Program-made: the position numbers and the translations under genes
Shown: piece after piece, positions 1 to 15,300 of the stretch
Position numbering within the stretch: the first letter of the stretch is position 1
How the letters are laid out: every line of letters begins with the position of its first letter
The notes under the pieces: generated by a model
Told to the model about the DNA's origin: nothing
The model's input: only the letters and a program-made list of their open reading frames with translations
The model's database searches: none
DNA from: Gemmata sp.
GTDB taxonomy: Bacteria; Planctomycetota; Planctomycetia; Gemmatales; Gemmataceae
Assembly: GCA_022843445.1 (NCBI GenBank)
Contig: JALHNS010000003.1
Coordinates: 164-64,163 of the forward strand
Length of the DNA stretch: 64,000 bases
Direction of reading: 5' to 3'

Positions 1-1
1 C

Positions 2-445
2 TCACTGCCCACGCTTTTTGTCTCTGGCGCGTTTTTGCTTTCGGGCCGGCGGGCGTCCGGGGCGATCTGTCGTCTGAGGCACCCGCCGCCAGACGAACGG
101 GATGTCGTCGCCCTGGTGGTATCGCATGGTGCCGGTGATGGTGTCGTCCGCAGCGTTGTAACCCACGTCGGCGGCGGCACCACTGATCTCGTCGCCCTCA
201 TCGGTGCCGACGAATGTGAAGAAGATCGCCGCCGCGTGGGTCCACACCTCGTCCACGCGGCCGTCGATGACACCTTCCTGCGCCCCGAATTGGAACGTGG
301 CCGAGAACACCTCGAACTCGGTGTGGGTGATCATGACGTGCGGGTCCGGCGTCAGTTCGAGGTAGTCGTCCATCATCGTGGGCAGTTCGACCACGGCCCA
401 CTTGCCGGATAGGTCAAGCGGCGGGCGTGAAGGGATGCGGGGCAT
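2..445 (-). CDS. Hypothetical protein, partial (runs off window start)
   Basis: Open frame with typical codon usage, starting at 445 with an upstream GGAG-like sequence; beta-rich acidic sequence (GKWAVVE...FQFG...DEGDEISG...YHQGDD). Confidence 0.7.
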   Translation of the reverse strand: MPRIPSRPPLDLSGKWAVVELPTMMDDYLELTPDPHVMITHTEFEVFSATFQFGAQEGVIDGRVDEVWTHAAAIFFTFVGTDEGDEISGAAADVGYNAADDTITGTMRYHQGDDIPFVWRRVPQTTDRPGRPPARKQKRARDKKRGQ

Positions 446-542
446 GGCGGCTCCGTACCTGAGCGTTTGTTCGCGGCCGATTGCAACCGAAAGAGGGACA
501 ACACGACCTTCGCGGTGATGCGAAAAACCGCCCCGTCCTGAG

Positions 543-1270
543 CTACGCCGCCGCGCACTGGTTGAGCCGTTCGCGACGGGCTTCCCAGTCGGGCATCATC
601 GCGGCCAGGAGCCGGTAGAAGTCGGGGCCGTGATTGTGGTGCTTCAGGTGGCAGAGTTCGTGAACGACGACGTACTCGATGCACGGCAGCGGCGCGACGA
701 TCAACTCCGGGTTCAGCAGGATTCGGCCCTCAGCGGTGCAACTTCCCCACCTGTTCGCCATCTTGCGAAGCTCGAACTCGCCGCCATGGATGCCGTGCCG
801 CTCGGCACCGGCCGCGCATTTGGCGAAAACCTCGCCGAAGACCGCATCCGCACGCCGCCGGAACCACGCCGTCACCAGCCCCCGCACCCGCTCTTTCTTC
901 GACGCGTCCACCAACCCGACGTTGATCTGCCCCCGCGCCATCTTCACGCCGTCTTCGTCGGCCTCGTGAACGCGGAGCCGGTACTGCTTGCCGAGGTAGC
1001 GGTGGGATTCGCCGCTGACGTACCGGCGCGGCGGCAGCTTCGGCAGGTAGGTCGAAAAGAACCGCTGCTGCTGGACGATCCACGCGGCCCGCTTCTGCAC
1101 CCGCTCCTCGACGGCACCGTCCGCACTGGCCGTGGGTGCCGTCACCACCACCGACAGGTCGGGGTGAACGTCAATCGCCAGCGTCTTCCGGGCCGAGTAC
1201 CGCAATAGGTACTCGATCCGCGTCTTGCCGAACTGGACCGCCAGCGTTCGCGGGGTGCCGTTGCGCTCAC

Positions 1271-1274
<4 letters not shown>
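543..1274 (-). CDS. M48/SprT-like (YgjP/DUF45 family) zinc metallopeptidase-like protein
   Basis: HELCH zinc motif in EYVVVHELCHLKHHNHGPDFY; RWGSC motif; GTGA overlap with the hsdR stop, the usual position behind type I hsdR. Confidence 0.9.
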
Positions 1275-4489
<3,215 letters not shown>

Positions 4490-4507
4490 AGGTGGGGACT
4501 CAAGGTG

Positions 4508-5101
4508 CTAAACGTTGCCCCCCGGACGCGCCTGGTTCTGGAACTGGCTGTCGTTGCGGAACGGCGTTCCGAAAACGGCTTCCACGATCAACTGGCAGAT
4601 CGGCGTGCCGGCGTACAACGAGATGTTACACGGACCAAGATTGATCAGTTCGAGGGTAATCGTACCGGAGAACCCGGCGTGAATTGTCGGGGCGGTGAAG
4701 TGGACGAGCAACCCGCACCGCGCGTAGGAGCTTTTCCCCTCCACGCGAGCCGCGAGCGACTGCCCATCAGCGACAATGGGCAGTGTCACCTTTTCCAACG
4801 TCCGGCCGAGAACGAGTTGATTGGGACGGAGGACGAAGGGCTGCCCACCCGTCATCCGATGGGTGACGGAATTCGGGCCGAAGAGATCAGCGAATCCGCC
4901 TCCGCGCGACAAGTTGATGTCGAGGGGCAGCCCCGGCTTGAAATACGAAACCTCATCTCCCAAACGCAGATCCACGGCCGAAGTCTGGTACGGGCGCGGC
5001 TCGTTGGGCGCACCAGTCGGCTGGCGCGGCAGCGGCTCAGGCTCGATCAGGAGCCGCTTCTCGTCAATCGCCCGCTGGATTTCGACGTTGCAGAGGATCA
5101 T
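4508..5101 (-). CDS. dcd: dCTP deaminase (trimeric dUTPase fold)
   Basis: SAVDLRLG, EGKSSYARCGLLVHFTAPTIHAGFSGTITLEL, GTPICQL and FQNQ match Dcd family motifs. Confidence 0.88.
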   Translation of the reverse strand: MILCNVEIQRAIDEKRLLIEPEPLPRQPTGAPNEPRPYQTSAVDLRLGDEVSYFKPGLPLDINLSRGGGFADLFGPNSVTHRMTGGQPFVLRPNQLVLGRTLEKVTLPIVADGQSLAARVEGKSSYARCGLLVHFTAPTIHAGFSGTITLELINLGPCNISLYAGTPICQLIVEAVFGTPFRNDSQFQNQARPGGNV

Positions 5102-5379
5102 AGGGGCGAGACATCTCCCTCGTTCACGGTAACGATGTCTTGAGTCGAGGAAGGGAGGACGGCCATCAGGTGGCCGTTACGCCGGACGATCCGAACGCGG
5201 ACCCGCCCCCGGTTTCCTGGGCTGCCTTCCACATCGCTGGCCGGCACGAACACCGACTTCTGCCACGTCCCCTCTGAGGGGTAGGTCACGGCCAATTCGT
5301 CACTGAACATTCCCTTGTCGATACGGCACGTCAACCAGCGCACTTCCGCGTCTGCGGGTGGTGGGGTTACGGTCGTCAT
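5098..5379 (-). CDS. Small hypothetical protein translationally coupled to dcd
   Basis: 93 aa; AGGAG 7 nt upstream of the ATG; its stop overlaps the dcd start (ATGA). Confidence 0.8.
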   Translation of the reverse strand: MTTVTPPPADAEVRWLTCRIDKGMFSDELAVTYPSEGTWQKSVFVPASDVEGSPGNRGRVRVRIVRRNGHLMAVLPSSTQDIVTVNEGDVSPL

Positions 5380-5484
5380 GGCTGATTTCTCCTGTCCGGC
5401 GTTCGGCGCGGCCCGTACCCGAAATCGCTCGGCGGGTCAACCTGAACCTCCCTCATCGTAACCGCCACGAACGGCCCGGTCATG

Positions 5485-6670
5485 TCAGTTGCTGTCCGAT
5501 TCGACGCGGACCCGTATCCGGCCCGTGAGTAGTTGTTGCATCAGCCCCTTCTTCTGCCGGCGCAGGGCGTCGAGCTTCTTCTGGAGCAGCCCGATTTCTC
5601 GGTCCTGGGTGTTCAGAACGGCGGCAATCGCCTTCTGTTCTTCGACGGACGGTAGCTTCAGGGGCAGTTCCGCCAAGTCGCTGAAGTAGATCCGCACGCG
5701 GACGCTGCCGCCGCCGGCTTTGGTGACGAACTGGTCCCACTGGTGCGATGTGCGGTAGTGGTTGAGAAACTCCGGGTCGAGGTCGGGGCCGCACCGGAAC
5801 ACGACGTAGTCGGGGCTGACGAGAACCTCGCCGTCGCCGTCCCACATGGCGATGGAGCCGACGTTGATCCGCATCGGGTTGTACGCGAAGTCGTGCTTGG
5901 CGACGGCCTTGTAGCGGTCGATGCTCGCGCCGACGACGGACTCGTCCATCGGCACCATGCCGACGCTGTTCGTCACCGAGTAGACCGGCGGCGGGGTGGT
6001 GGTGCCGATCCGCCGGGCCGAGTTGCTGGCAACCTCACCCAGTTCGCACGCCTCCCAGTGCGTATCGCGGAACCCCGGCAGCCGCACCTTGCCCATGAGC
6101 AGTTGCTGCATCAGGGCGGCTTTCCGCTGCTGCTTGGCCGCGAGCAGTTTCTCGGTCAACTCGATGGCATGATCCCACGCCGTGAGCGTGGCTGAGATCC
6201 TCTTCTGTTCAGGAAAAGGCGGAACACGCACGGAAAGCCCGGCGAATCGGCCCGCACCCAGGTGCGCAATCGAAGTTGTGCGCGAAGCAATCGCGGCGAA
6301 CCGTCCCGTGTAGAGCAAAAACTGGAAGAGGTGTTGAGCGTAGTCAGGGAAGGTGTCGGCGTTCGGCTTGAACCGAATCAGGGTGTTCTGAAAGCAGCAG
6401 TCGGGCGGGTCACCCTTGTAGACCGCGCTCCGGCCAACCAGTTCAAGGCTCTGGCCTTCGTTCAGCAAGATGTCGCCGTTCCGAAGCCTGAACGTCTCGA
6501 ATTCAGAGTCACTGAAGTACATCTGAAGCACGTCCGACGTGTCGATGTACCCGTCGAAGACGTTCGCGACTCGAAGATACGGACGTAACTTCCCTGCGGT
6601 GAAGTGGGGTGACCGTTGACGCCCGCTCTGCACCTCGCCGATGTCGGAAATCAAGCACTGCCGCCAGCCG

Positions 6671-6681
<11 letters not shown>
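5485..6681 (-). CDS. hsdS: Type I restriction enzyme specificity subunit S
   Basis: 398 aa; two TRDs, each followed by the conserved helix (PFPEQKRISATL...KAALMQQLL; PSVEEQKAIAAVL...KKGLMQQLLTG); overlaps the hsdM stop. Confidence 0.95.
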
Positions 6682-8173
<1,492 letters not shown>

Positions 8174-8829
8174 CGCCTGACGACCTCGCGGCGGATTTCC
8201 GCAACTCGGAAGTTGTACCCGCCCCCGCCCCACCTGCAAGCTCGGTTGCCGTGGCCCGAACCGCCTCGCGCCGGCGGGCCGGACGAATCCGAGCGCACCC
8301 TGGCGTGGCCGTCGAGGGGTCCGGCGATTTTTTCGGCCGCGCGATTTTGGGAAAGCGCCAGCCTCCACTCCCTGCATGCGGCGTGTGGTTGGCACGAAAA
8401 AAGAAACACGAAGTGTGAAACCGAAGTAGTCTGGGCAGTGAAGTTATTAGGGGTTGCGCGATCCGATTTCCGAGATGTTAAGAATGTTGCGGGCGGCAAG
8501 CAAAGCGAGTAGCTCAAGTAATAGCGGAGACGCCCACCGAACTCCCAATCGGCACCGACACGACCGGATAATAACGCGGCAGCGACTTGCTTTTCTAGGC
8601 GATTGTGGATACTCGCGGCGTGAGGCGGCACGGATACACACGAACTGCCGCGTGGGGCTATTATTCCGCAAGGCAGATCGCGCCGGCTGCGGATCGGAGG
8701 ATGCAATCCAGCCGGACGCCGCGTCGTCCTACACTGCTTTCCTGCGAATCACCCCGTCCACGCAGTTTTCCTTGACAAGCCGTTCCGGTTCTGCCGATTG
8801 AGCCGTCATCTGTCTACGTGGAGTGATTC

Positions 8830-10293
8830 ATGTCGGGGTCCGCGTTGCGCCCTTCGACGTTCGTTGCTGCGGTCTGCTTGGCCGTGTGCGGGTGCGCGAC
8901 GGGCGTTGTGACGCCGGGGCCATCTTCGTGGACACCCACGCCCGGTCCTGCTGTCTCTCGCACGGAACCGCCAGGAGTTGCACGCATTCGGCCAGACGCG
9001 CCGATTCAGCGGGCCTCCTTTGAACGGCCGGCTCCCGATGTCCCGACCGGCCCGGTTGCGCCTCAGCCCATTGCACCCGTCGGTGTTGATGACTTCGTTC
9101 GGCTGGCGGTCGAGCGGAACCCACGGCTCGCGCGGGCCAATCTCGCTATCGAGGCGGCAAGGGGCCGACAACTCCAGGCTGGCCTGTACCCGAACCCCGA
9201 AGTCGCGATCAACTGGGACGAAATTGGGGACCGATCCAGCCCCGACCGCCTCGGTATCCTGACCGCCCCGAAGGTTTCGCAGACCATCGTGACGGGCCGC
9301 AAACTCACACTCGCGCAGGCGGTCGCGGCGCGGGAGGTCGATCAAGCGGCCCTCGAACTCCTCTCCGAACGGTACGCGGTCGTCGGGTCGGTTCGCACTG
9401 CGTTCTACGAGACGCTGGCCCTCCAGCAGCGGGCCGACATCCTTGCCGAGTTGGTGAAGATCGCGGATGAAGCGGTCGCCAACGGTAAGACACTGCTCGA
9501 TGCCCAGCGCATCGCCAAGCTGGACTTCATCCAACTTGAAGTGGAACGCGAGCGATTCCGCGCCGAGCTTCAATCGGTGAAACGCGAATTACCCGGTTCG
9601 TACCGGCGGCTGGCCGCTGTCGCGGGCAACCACGCAACGATCCCCGCCGCCGTGTCGGGCGCATTCGACGGTTTGCCCGACTACGACCCCGACGCGGTGC
9701 GCGAGGCCGTCCTGACCTTCCACCCGCAGGTGCGTTCGGCACGGGTCGGGGTCGAGCGGGCGCAGGCGGCGGTGAAGCGCGCCCAGGCCGATCCGATTCC
9801 CAACGTGTCCGTATACGCCGGGTACATCCGACAATTCGAGAACCGCTCTCACGACGGCGCGGTGGGGGTGTCGATGCCCGTGCCGGTCTGGAACCGCAAC
9901 CAGGGGAACATTCGCGCGGCCCAGGCCGAACTGGGCATGGCGATCCAGTCGGTCGGCCAGACCGAGAATGAACTGGCTGCTCGTGTCGCCATCGCGTACC
10001 AGACCTACGCCGCCGCCCGCGAACGGGCCGAGATGTACCGTAAGGAACTGATCCCGCGAGCCGAGGAGACGTACAAGCTCTCACTGGCCGCGTTCAAGGG
10101 CGGGCAATTTGAATACCTGCGCGTCATTGCCGCGCAGCGTGCCGTGGCCGAAGCCCGGCTTGAGTTGAACAAGTCGCTCGGTGAGGCGTGGCGTGCCGCC
10201 GCCGAACTCTCCGGCCTCTTGCTCGAAGAGTCGTGGCCGTTCCAACAACGCGGGCCGGTTATGGTGCCTCCTCCGACGCCATCGCCGAAGTAA
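8830..10293 (+). CDS. TolC/CzcC-family outer membrane efflux protein
   Basis: Lipoprotein-like signal (LAVCGC), two OEP repeats (LQAGLYPNP; ADPIPNV...VPVWNRNQGNI); first gene of the RND cluster. Confidence 0.92.
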   Translation: MSGSALRPSTFVAAVCLAVCGCATGVVTPGPSSWTPTPGPAVSRTEPPGVARIRPDAPIQRASFERPAPDVPTGPVAPQPIAPVGVDDFVRLAVERNPRLARANLAIEAARGRQLQAGLYPNPEVAINWDEIGDRSSPDRLGILTAPKVSQTIVTGRKLTLAQAVAAREVDQAALELLSERYAVVGSVRTAFYETLALQQRADILAELVKIADEAVANGKTLLDAQRIAKLDFIQLEVERERFRAELQSVKRELPGSYRRLAAVAGNHATIPAAVSGAFDGLPDYDPDAVREAVLTFHPQVRSARVGVERAQAAVKRAQADPIPNVSVYAGYIRQFENRSHDGAVGVSMPVPVWNRNQGNIRAAQAELGMAIQSVGQTENELAARVAIAYQTYAAARERAEMYRKELIPRAEETYKLSLAAFKGGQFEYLRVIAAQRAVAEARLELNKSLGEAWRAAAELSGLLLEESWPFQQRGPVMVPPPTPSPK

Positions 10294-10374
10294 TTCCGGC
10301 TGCCGAACTTGGTGGTCTGGTTGACTTTAGCCGCTTTCCGGCGAAGATGGTCGAGAGCGGGGTACTTTCGACCG

Positions 10375-10758
10375 ATGACGATCCGCCTGCTACTCCCGGT
10401 CTTTCTCGTTCTGCTCCAGTCGGGGTTGGCGGTCGCGCACGCACACAACCACGCGAACCTCGCGAGCCACACACAGACCCCACACCTCCACGTTCACGAC
10501 CTGTTCGATTTGTTCGAGTCGGATCACGACGACGAAGACGGCGACGACCACGATACCGACGCCGTGGACGTGTCGGACATGGCGCTATCGGCAGCCCCGC
10601 CGCCCGCTGTTGATGCGGTCCTTTTCGACCTCGCAACCGTGACTCTGGAGCCGGCGTTCGGCGCAATCGCCGAGCTGTCGTTCCCTGTCGGGTTGCCACC
10701 GTCTACCGCCGGGCCGCACCGCCCGCTCTACTTGATCCTCTGCACGCTCACGATTTAA
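10375..10758 (+). CDS. His/Asp-rich exported protein (CzcI-like accessory)
   Basis: Signal peptide followed by AHAHNH...HTQTPHLHVHD...DHDDEDGDDHDTD; C-terminal PP..GP motif; lies between czcC-like and czcB-like genes. Confidence 0.7.
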   Translation: MTIRLLLPVFLVLLQSGLAVAHAHNHANLASHTQTPHLHVHDLFDLFESDHDDEDGDDHDTDAVDVSDMALSAAPPPAVDAVLFDLATVTLEPAFGAIAELSFPVGLPPSTAGPHRPLYLILCTLTI

Positions 10759-10917
10759 CCCGTCTCCGGGCCGGACCCGGTGCGGGTCGCGTCGCGCGCC
10801 GACGCACGTCCGCACCACATCTTTCCGGTCCCTTCTGCCTGACCCACGTCCCTTCATGACGCCGGGTTGCAGTACCACCGCCCCGTTTGCTCGTGGCCCG
10901 CCGTGCCGAGGTGCCTC

Positions 10918-12318
10918 ATGCGCTGGCGTTCGACTCTCCGCAATCTCGCGGTACTGCTCGCCCTCGCCGGCGTCGGCTTCGGCGCGTGGACGCAGCGGCA
11001 CCGCTTCCAGAAAGCCGACGCGCCCGAACCGACCGCGAGCGGCGGCTCCGGCCCGGTGGACATCCAGAGTGTGAAGCTCAGTGATGAAGCGGTGCGCGGA
11101 CTCGATCTTCGCAGCGAGGAGGTCCGGCTCGAAGATTATCCGAAGGTCATCGAAGTGCCGGGCGTTCTCACCGATGCGCCGGGCCGCGTGCGGGCGGTGA
11201 CCGTGCCGGCGGCCGGGATCGTCGCGAAGGTCCACGTCGCCCCCGGCGAGGCCGTCCGGCCCGGCGATCCGCTGTTCACGATTCAACTCGCCAGCGAGTT
11301 CGTGCAGAACACGCAAACCGAACTCGCACGGTCGGCCAAAGACCTCGTTGCCGCCATCACGAAGCGCGATCAGACGAAGAAGCTCGTCGAGACGGGAACC
11401 AAGCCGGGGTTCGAGCTTGTCGAGGAGGAAAACCTCGTGCGGCGACTGACTTCGCAGGTTGAGGGTAACCGGCGGCAGTTGCGCCTGTTCGGGTTGTCAC
11501 CCGACCAAGTGAAGAAGGCCGAGGCCGGAGATGCGGTCACGGAGATCGTGATCGCCGTGCCGACCGCCAATCCACCGGCCGCGCCGATGCACGTCGGCGT
11601 GCGGAGCGGCCCCGTTCCCGATGAACCGATCTTGTTCGCCTTCGAGATCGAGTCGCTTGCGGTCGCCCAGGGTCAGGGCGTCACCGCCGGCCAGCACCTC
11701 GCGCGACTGGCCGACTACCGCGAACTCTTCATCGAAGGGCAGGCGTTCGAGTCCGAAGCCGGGTTGGTCGCGGATGCCACCAGCGTCGGCCGGCCCGTTG
11801 GCGTGGACTTTCTGGAGCCACCGGCGAAAGGGAAACCGGCCACCGAAACGAAGCTCGTGATTCGGTCGGTGGGCAAGACCGATCCGACCACGCGCACGTT
11901 CCCCTTCTACGCCGCGCTTGCTAACGAGGTGAAGCCCTACGAGCGCGAGGGAAAGACGTACCTCGCGTGGCGCTACCGCCCCGGTCGTCAGGTCCGGCTC
12001 CGCATCCCCACCGGCACAATCCCGAAGGTCATCGTGTTGCCGGCCGAGGCGGTCGTGCGAGAGGGGCCGGACACCTTTGTGTTTCGTCAGAATGGCGAAG
12101 TGTACGACCGCAAGCCCGTGGTCATCGTTGCCGAGGACCGGCTGAACGTGGCGATTGCCCCCGGTAACGGGATCGAGTCCGGGGTGTCGGTTCTGCGGAA
12201 CAACGCGGCGGCGGTCAACCGCGCGCTGAAGGCACTCCAAGCGCGCGGGTTCGGCGGCACCGGCGGCAAGAAGGGTCACTGGCACGCCGATGGTTCGTTC
12301 CACGAAGAGAAGGACTGA
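10918..12318 (+). CDS. RND efflux periplasmic adaptor (CzcB/CusB-like)
   Basis: N-terminal TM anchor, biotinyl-lipoyl halves (VHVAPGEAVRPGDPL; VAQGQGVTAGQHL), C-terminal LPAEAVVREG; start chosen after GAGGT. Confidence 0.9.
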   Translation: MRWRSTLRNLAVLLALAGVGFGAWTQRHRFQKADAPEPTASGGSGPVDIQSVKLSDEAVRGLDLRSEEVRLEDYPKVIEVPGVLTDAPGRVRAVTVPAAGIVAKVHVAPGEAVRPGDPLFTIQLASEFVQNTQTELARSAKDLVAAITKRDQTKKLVETGTKPGFELVEEENLVRRLTSQVEGNRRQLRLFGLSPDQVKKAEAGDAVTEIVIAVPTANPPAAPMHVGVRSGPVPDEPILFAFEIESLAVAQGQGVTAGQHLARLADYRELFIEGQAFESEAGLVADATSVGRPVGVDFLEPPAKGKPATETKLVIRSVGKTDPTTRTFPFYAALANEVKPYEREGKTYLAWRYRPGRQVRLRIPTGTIPKVIVLPAEAVVREGPDTFVFRQNGEVYDRKPVVIVAEDRLNVAIAPGNGIESGVSVLRNNAAAVNRALKALQARGFGGTGGKKGHWHADGSFHEEKD

Positions 12319-12321
12319 GCC

Positions 12322-15300
12322 ATGCTCGACGCCGTGATCCGTGCCGCGCTCCGTTACCGCGCCCTCGTGGTATTGGCCGCGCTCGCGGTCTTGCTGTACG
12401 GGACGTATCAGGCCACAACGATGCCCATCGATGTGCTGCCCGACCTCGACCGGCCGCGCGTGGTGCTGCTCGTCGAATGTCCCGGCCTCGCTCCCAACGA
12501 GGTCGAGACGCGGGTCGCCCACCCCATTGAAACCGCAATCCTCGGTGCCAACGGCGTCGAGGCGGTGCGCGGGCAGTGTACCGCCGGCCTTGCGGTCATC
12601 TACGTCGAGTTCGGCTGGCAGGTGGACGTGCGTGCCGCCCGACAGACCGTACAGGAGCGACTCGCCACGGTCGCCAATCAGATGCCGCCCGGCGTGCGCC
12701 CGGAGATGACGCCGACCAGTTCGATCATGGGACAGATCATGCACGTCGGGGTCACGTCGAAGGACGGTACGACCAAGCCGACGGAGTTGGGTACGCTCAC
12801 CCACACCGTCATCCGCCCGCGCCTGCTGAAGATCCCCGGCGTGGCCGAGGTGATCGTCCTGGGCGGGGAGAAGAAGCAGTACCAAGTTCTTCTGAACCCC
12901 GACGCACTCCGCAAGTTCGGGGTCACCGTACCGGAAGTGGAAGCGGCTCTCCGCGCGAGCAACGCCAACACGACCGGCGGCTTCGACGTGCGCGGCGACG
13001 CGGAGCGGCCGATTCGCGTGATCGCCCAACTCGGTCCCGACCCAACGAAGGTGATCGCCGACCTCAACCAAGTGGTGGTGAAGCCGCCCCCGCCGCGCCC
13101 GCCCGCTCGCGACGATGGCAAGGACGGCTCATCCGGCACCGCTGGCGTGACGGGGCGGCCGATTCTCCTACACCAAGTCGCGCGCGTCGTGGAAGGGCCG
13201 GAGTTCAAGCGCGGCGACGCAAGCGTGGACGGCGCTTCCGGTGTTGTCATCACGGTCGTGAAACAACCGCACGCCGACACCCGCGCGCTGACCGCCGAAG
13301 TCCATGCGGCACTGCGGGAACTGGAGCCGGGCTTCCCGAAGGACGTGGTGGTGAACCACGAGTTGTTTCAACTCAAGAACTTCATCGACCGGGGCGTTTA
13401 CAACGTCGGCGAGGCGCTCGTCCTCGGCGCGGTCCTCGTGCTGATCGTGCTGACGCTGTTCCTGATGAACCTGCGCACCACGTTCATCTCGCTAACGGCG
13501 ATCCCGCTCTCGCTGGCCGTCACCGTCATCGTCTTCAAGATCGTCGGCCGGATGACCGGCGTCGAACTGTCCATCAACGTGATGACGCTCGGCGGGATCG
13601 CGGTCGCGATGGGTGAACTGGTCGATGACGCGATTGTCGATGTCGAGAACATCTTCCGCCGGCTGCGCGAGAACAACCACGCGGCCGGACCCCGGCACCC
13701 GCTGCGCGTGGTCTACGAAGCCAGCCGGGAGATCCGATCCGCCATCGTCTTCGGCACCCTTGTCGTTGTGCTGGTGTTCCTGCCGCTGTTCGCACTCTCC
13801 GGCGTCGAAGGGCGGCTGTTCGCCCCGCTCGGTTTCGCGTACATCGTGTCGATCTTGGCCTCGCTTCTGGTGTCCGTGACCGTCACGCCGGTGGCGTCGT
13901 ACTACTTGCTCGCCAACTCCCACGCCGTCCACGCCGAACGTGACGGGCCGCTCCTCCGTTTGTTGAAGTTCCTCGCCGGACCGCTCATCCGGTTCAGCAT
14001 GGCGCACCCAGTTCCACTTCTGGCCCTCACTTGGGTCGTGGTGGGTGTCGCCGGCTGGCAGGTCACACGCCTGGGGGCGGACTTCTTGCCGCCGTTCGAT
14101 GAGGGGAGCGTGCAAGTGAACGTCACACTGCCGGCCGGTTCGTCGCTCGAAGCATCGAACAAGATGTGCCGCGTGGTCGATGCCCGGTTGAAGGAACTGC
14201 AAAGGACCGACAAGGAGCCGAAGAAGCCGGTGCTGCATTTCGCCCGCCGAACGGGTCGCGCCGAACGCGACGAACACGCGCAGGCGGTGACCGCGACCGA
14301 GTACCTCTTGAGCATGAACCCGGAGTCCGGGCTGACTCGCGAGGAAGCCATCAAGTTGATTCTCGCCGACCTGAAGGACGCGGCGGCGGGCGCGGACGTG
14401 GAGGCCGAGCAACCGCTCCAGCACCTCATCAGCCACATGGTGTCCGGGGTGTACGCGCAGATCGCGATCAAGATTTACGGCGACGACCTCGACGTGCTGC
14501 GCCGCGAGGCCGAGCGGGTGAAGACCGCGATCAGCGATATTCCGGGCGTCACCACGCCCGTCGTCGAAGCGCAACAGTCCACGGGCGAAGTTCACATCTG
14601 GTTGCGCCCGGCCGACCTCGCGTTCCACGGCCTCACGCGCGACGAAGTGGCGTCGGTTGTGAGGACGGCCCTCCAGGGCGAAGAGATTTCACAGGTGATC
14701 GACGGCCCGAAGCGATTCGACCTGATCGTGCGGCTCGATGACCCGTTCCGCACCGACCTGCCGAAGCTCGGCCAACTGCGCATCGAGCGGCCGGGCCAGA
14801 AGCCGGTCCTGCTCGGCGAGGTGGCAGACATCGGCGAAGGTTTGGGGCCGAACGCGGTCAACCGCGAGAACGTCCGGCGGCGGATCATCGTGCGGTGCAA
14901 CGTGCAGGACCGCGACCTGGCCTCGGCCGTCGCCGACATCCAGAAGCGCGTGGACGAGCGCGTGAAGCCCCGGCTCCCGCCGAATTACGAGATCGACTAC
15001 GGGGGCCAGTTCGAGAGCCAGCAGCGCGCCACGCGGCTGATCGTCGCTCTGGCGGGCGTGTCGGTCGTTGGCATGTTCGCGGTGCTGCTGGTGCTGTTCC
15101 CGTCGTGGCGGATCGTGCTTCAGATTCTGAACGCCCTGCCCACCGCCTTCATCGGCGGCGTGCTGGCGCTGGTGCTGACGAACCAGACGCTCACGGTCGC
15201 GAGTCTCGTGGGTTTCATCTCGCTCGGCGGGATCGCGGTGCGCAACGGCATCCTGCTCGTTTCCCACTATGCCCACCTGATGCGCGAGGAGAGCGAGAGC

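Noticed and set aside
8174-8395. N-terminal extension of hsdM
   Set aside because: Arg/Gly-rich non-homologous sequence; HsdM similarity begins at 8173.
8498-8592. tRNA-like (GCGAGTAGCTCAAGT) or riboswitch-like leader upstream of the efflux operon
   Set aside because: No T-loop GTTCRA or cloverleaf; closing stem only ~6 bp; no NiCo riboswitch consensus recognised.
8772-8800. TTGACA promoter for the efflux operon
   Set aside because: No acceptable -10 hexamer at 16-18 nt spacing.
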